Shown here: one piece after another, positions 63,201 through 64,000 of the stretch | Layout: every line of letters starts with the position of its first letter | Position numbering within the stretch: position 1 is the stretch's first letter | Assembly (NCBI GenBank): GCA_028023455.1 | Contig: JAQFVV010000006.1 | Coordinates: forward strand, 1,674,001 to 1,738,000 | Length of the DNA: 64,000 bases | Direction: 5' to 3' | Source of the DNA: Epiperipatus broadwayi | Taxonomy: Eukaryota > Animalia > Onychophora | Program-made: the position numbers and the translations under genes | The notes under the pieces: generated by a model | The model's input: the letters and a program-made list of their open reading frames with translations, nothing else | What the model was told of the DNA's origin: nothing | Databases searched by the model: none

Positions 63201-64000
63201 GTTTCACACTCAAGGCTTTGAGAGAGCACACTTTGTGAGGGTGAAACTTGTATTCTTTTGTCACAAAACAGGGTGTTTACATTTTACCACATCACATAAA
63301 TGTTTCAGAACTTGCAGATAAAATGTCTGACTATTACAAACTAAATTTGAGAGAAACATGACGTTTTCATAAAAAAAAAATCAGCATTGTTTTTACCTTG
63401 GACTTTCACTTGCTATGGTTTTTAGGGACATGGTAAATTTAACCTTTCAATTAAACCACTCATGAACTTGTGTTATTATGAGATCAACATTTTTGTAATC
63501 TGTTTCAAACATTACAAGTTATATTCTTGTTATTTTCTATAAATGAAAACAGAATTTCACATTGTCGAACTTTTCAGTCATTATAAAAAAATTGACAAAA
63601 ATGTAAAGTGTACTTTACAAAACGATGTGTTATGTGACCTCACGATTGCATATGGTGCTATTATTTGGCAGATTGATGCAGAAAGTTCCCTGCAAGAAGT
63701 ATATAACTGGTGAAGCATATACTACAACAGGCACACAATCTAGACAATGATTTCAGTTATTTTTGGGTCTCCCTCGTGTATGAAAATTGGCAGGTACCCA
63801 TATATAAAATACATGAAGCGTCTTGCAAATATTAAATATGACCACTAATTTACAGTTTTTTATTTAACATTTAATGTATGCCCCTGAAAGGATATATTTA
63901 AACAATAATTATCCACCAAACTTAGTAGGAAACATAACATCCAAGTACTGTTTTTGTTTTTTATGAAGTGGTTTGTGCCAACATGGATTGAATGTGTTTA

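Noticed and set aside
28513-64000. Next DDX55 exon; candidate acceptors near 44477, 53700, 54403 and 61310
   Set aside because: None translates to the expected DLD..MPKMPEL sequence, and most hit stops quickly.

Overview
Very AT-rich, repeat-dense metazoan DNA; the species cannot be determined from sequence. The only host gene I can support is two small plus-strand coding exons (7128-7207 and 28424-28512). They splice in frame to [56 protein letters not shown], the post-helicase region of DDX55/Spb4, so the rest of the window appears to be intron (>=7 kb, 21.2 kb and >=35 kb). The introns hold decayed LINEs (RTE-type and a CCHC-ended family with a (CATCA)n tail), a Ty3/Gypsy RT remnant, a hAT, a mariner, two TA-flanked MITE-like elements and four tRNA-Gly-derived retroposons. 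The most notable feature, invisible in the ORF track, is a high density of hammerhead-ribozyme (HHR) motifs. About 20 intact or decayed minimal type I HHRs from several unrelated families lie in non-coding ~340-480 nt units. These units show short terminal redundancy, 5' inversions (one a perfect 144-bp palindrome) and 11-14 bp target-site duplications, and sit near Penelope-like RT/GIY-YIG remnants. This matches Penelope-type / retrozyme-like mobile RNAs: the class is known, but these particular families may be undescribed. All alignments and folds were done by eye, and element boundaries without a TSD are approximate.
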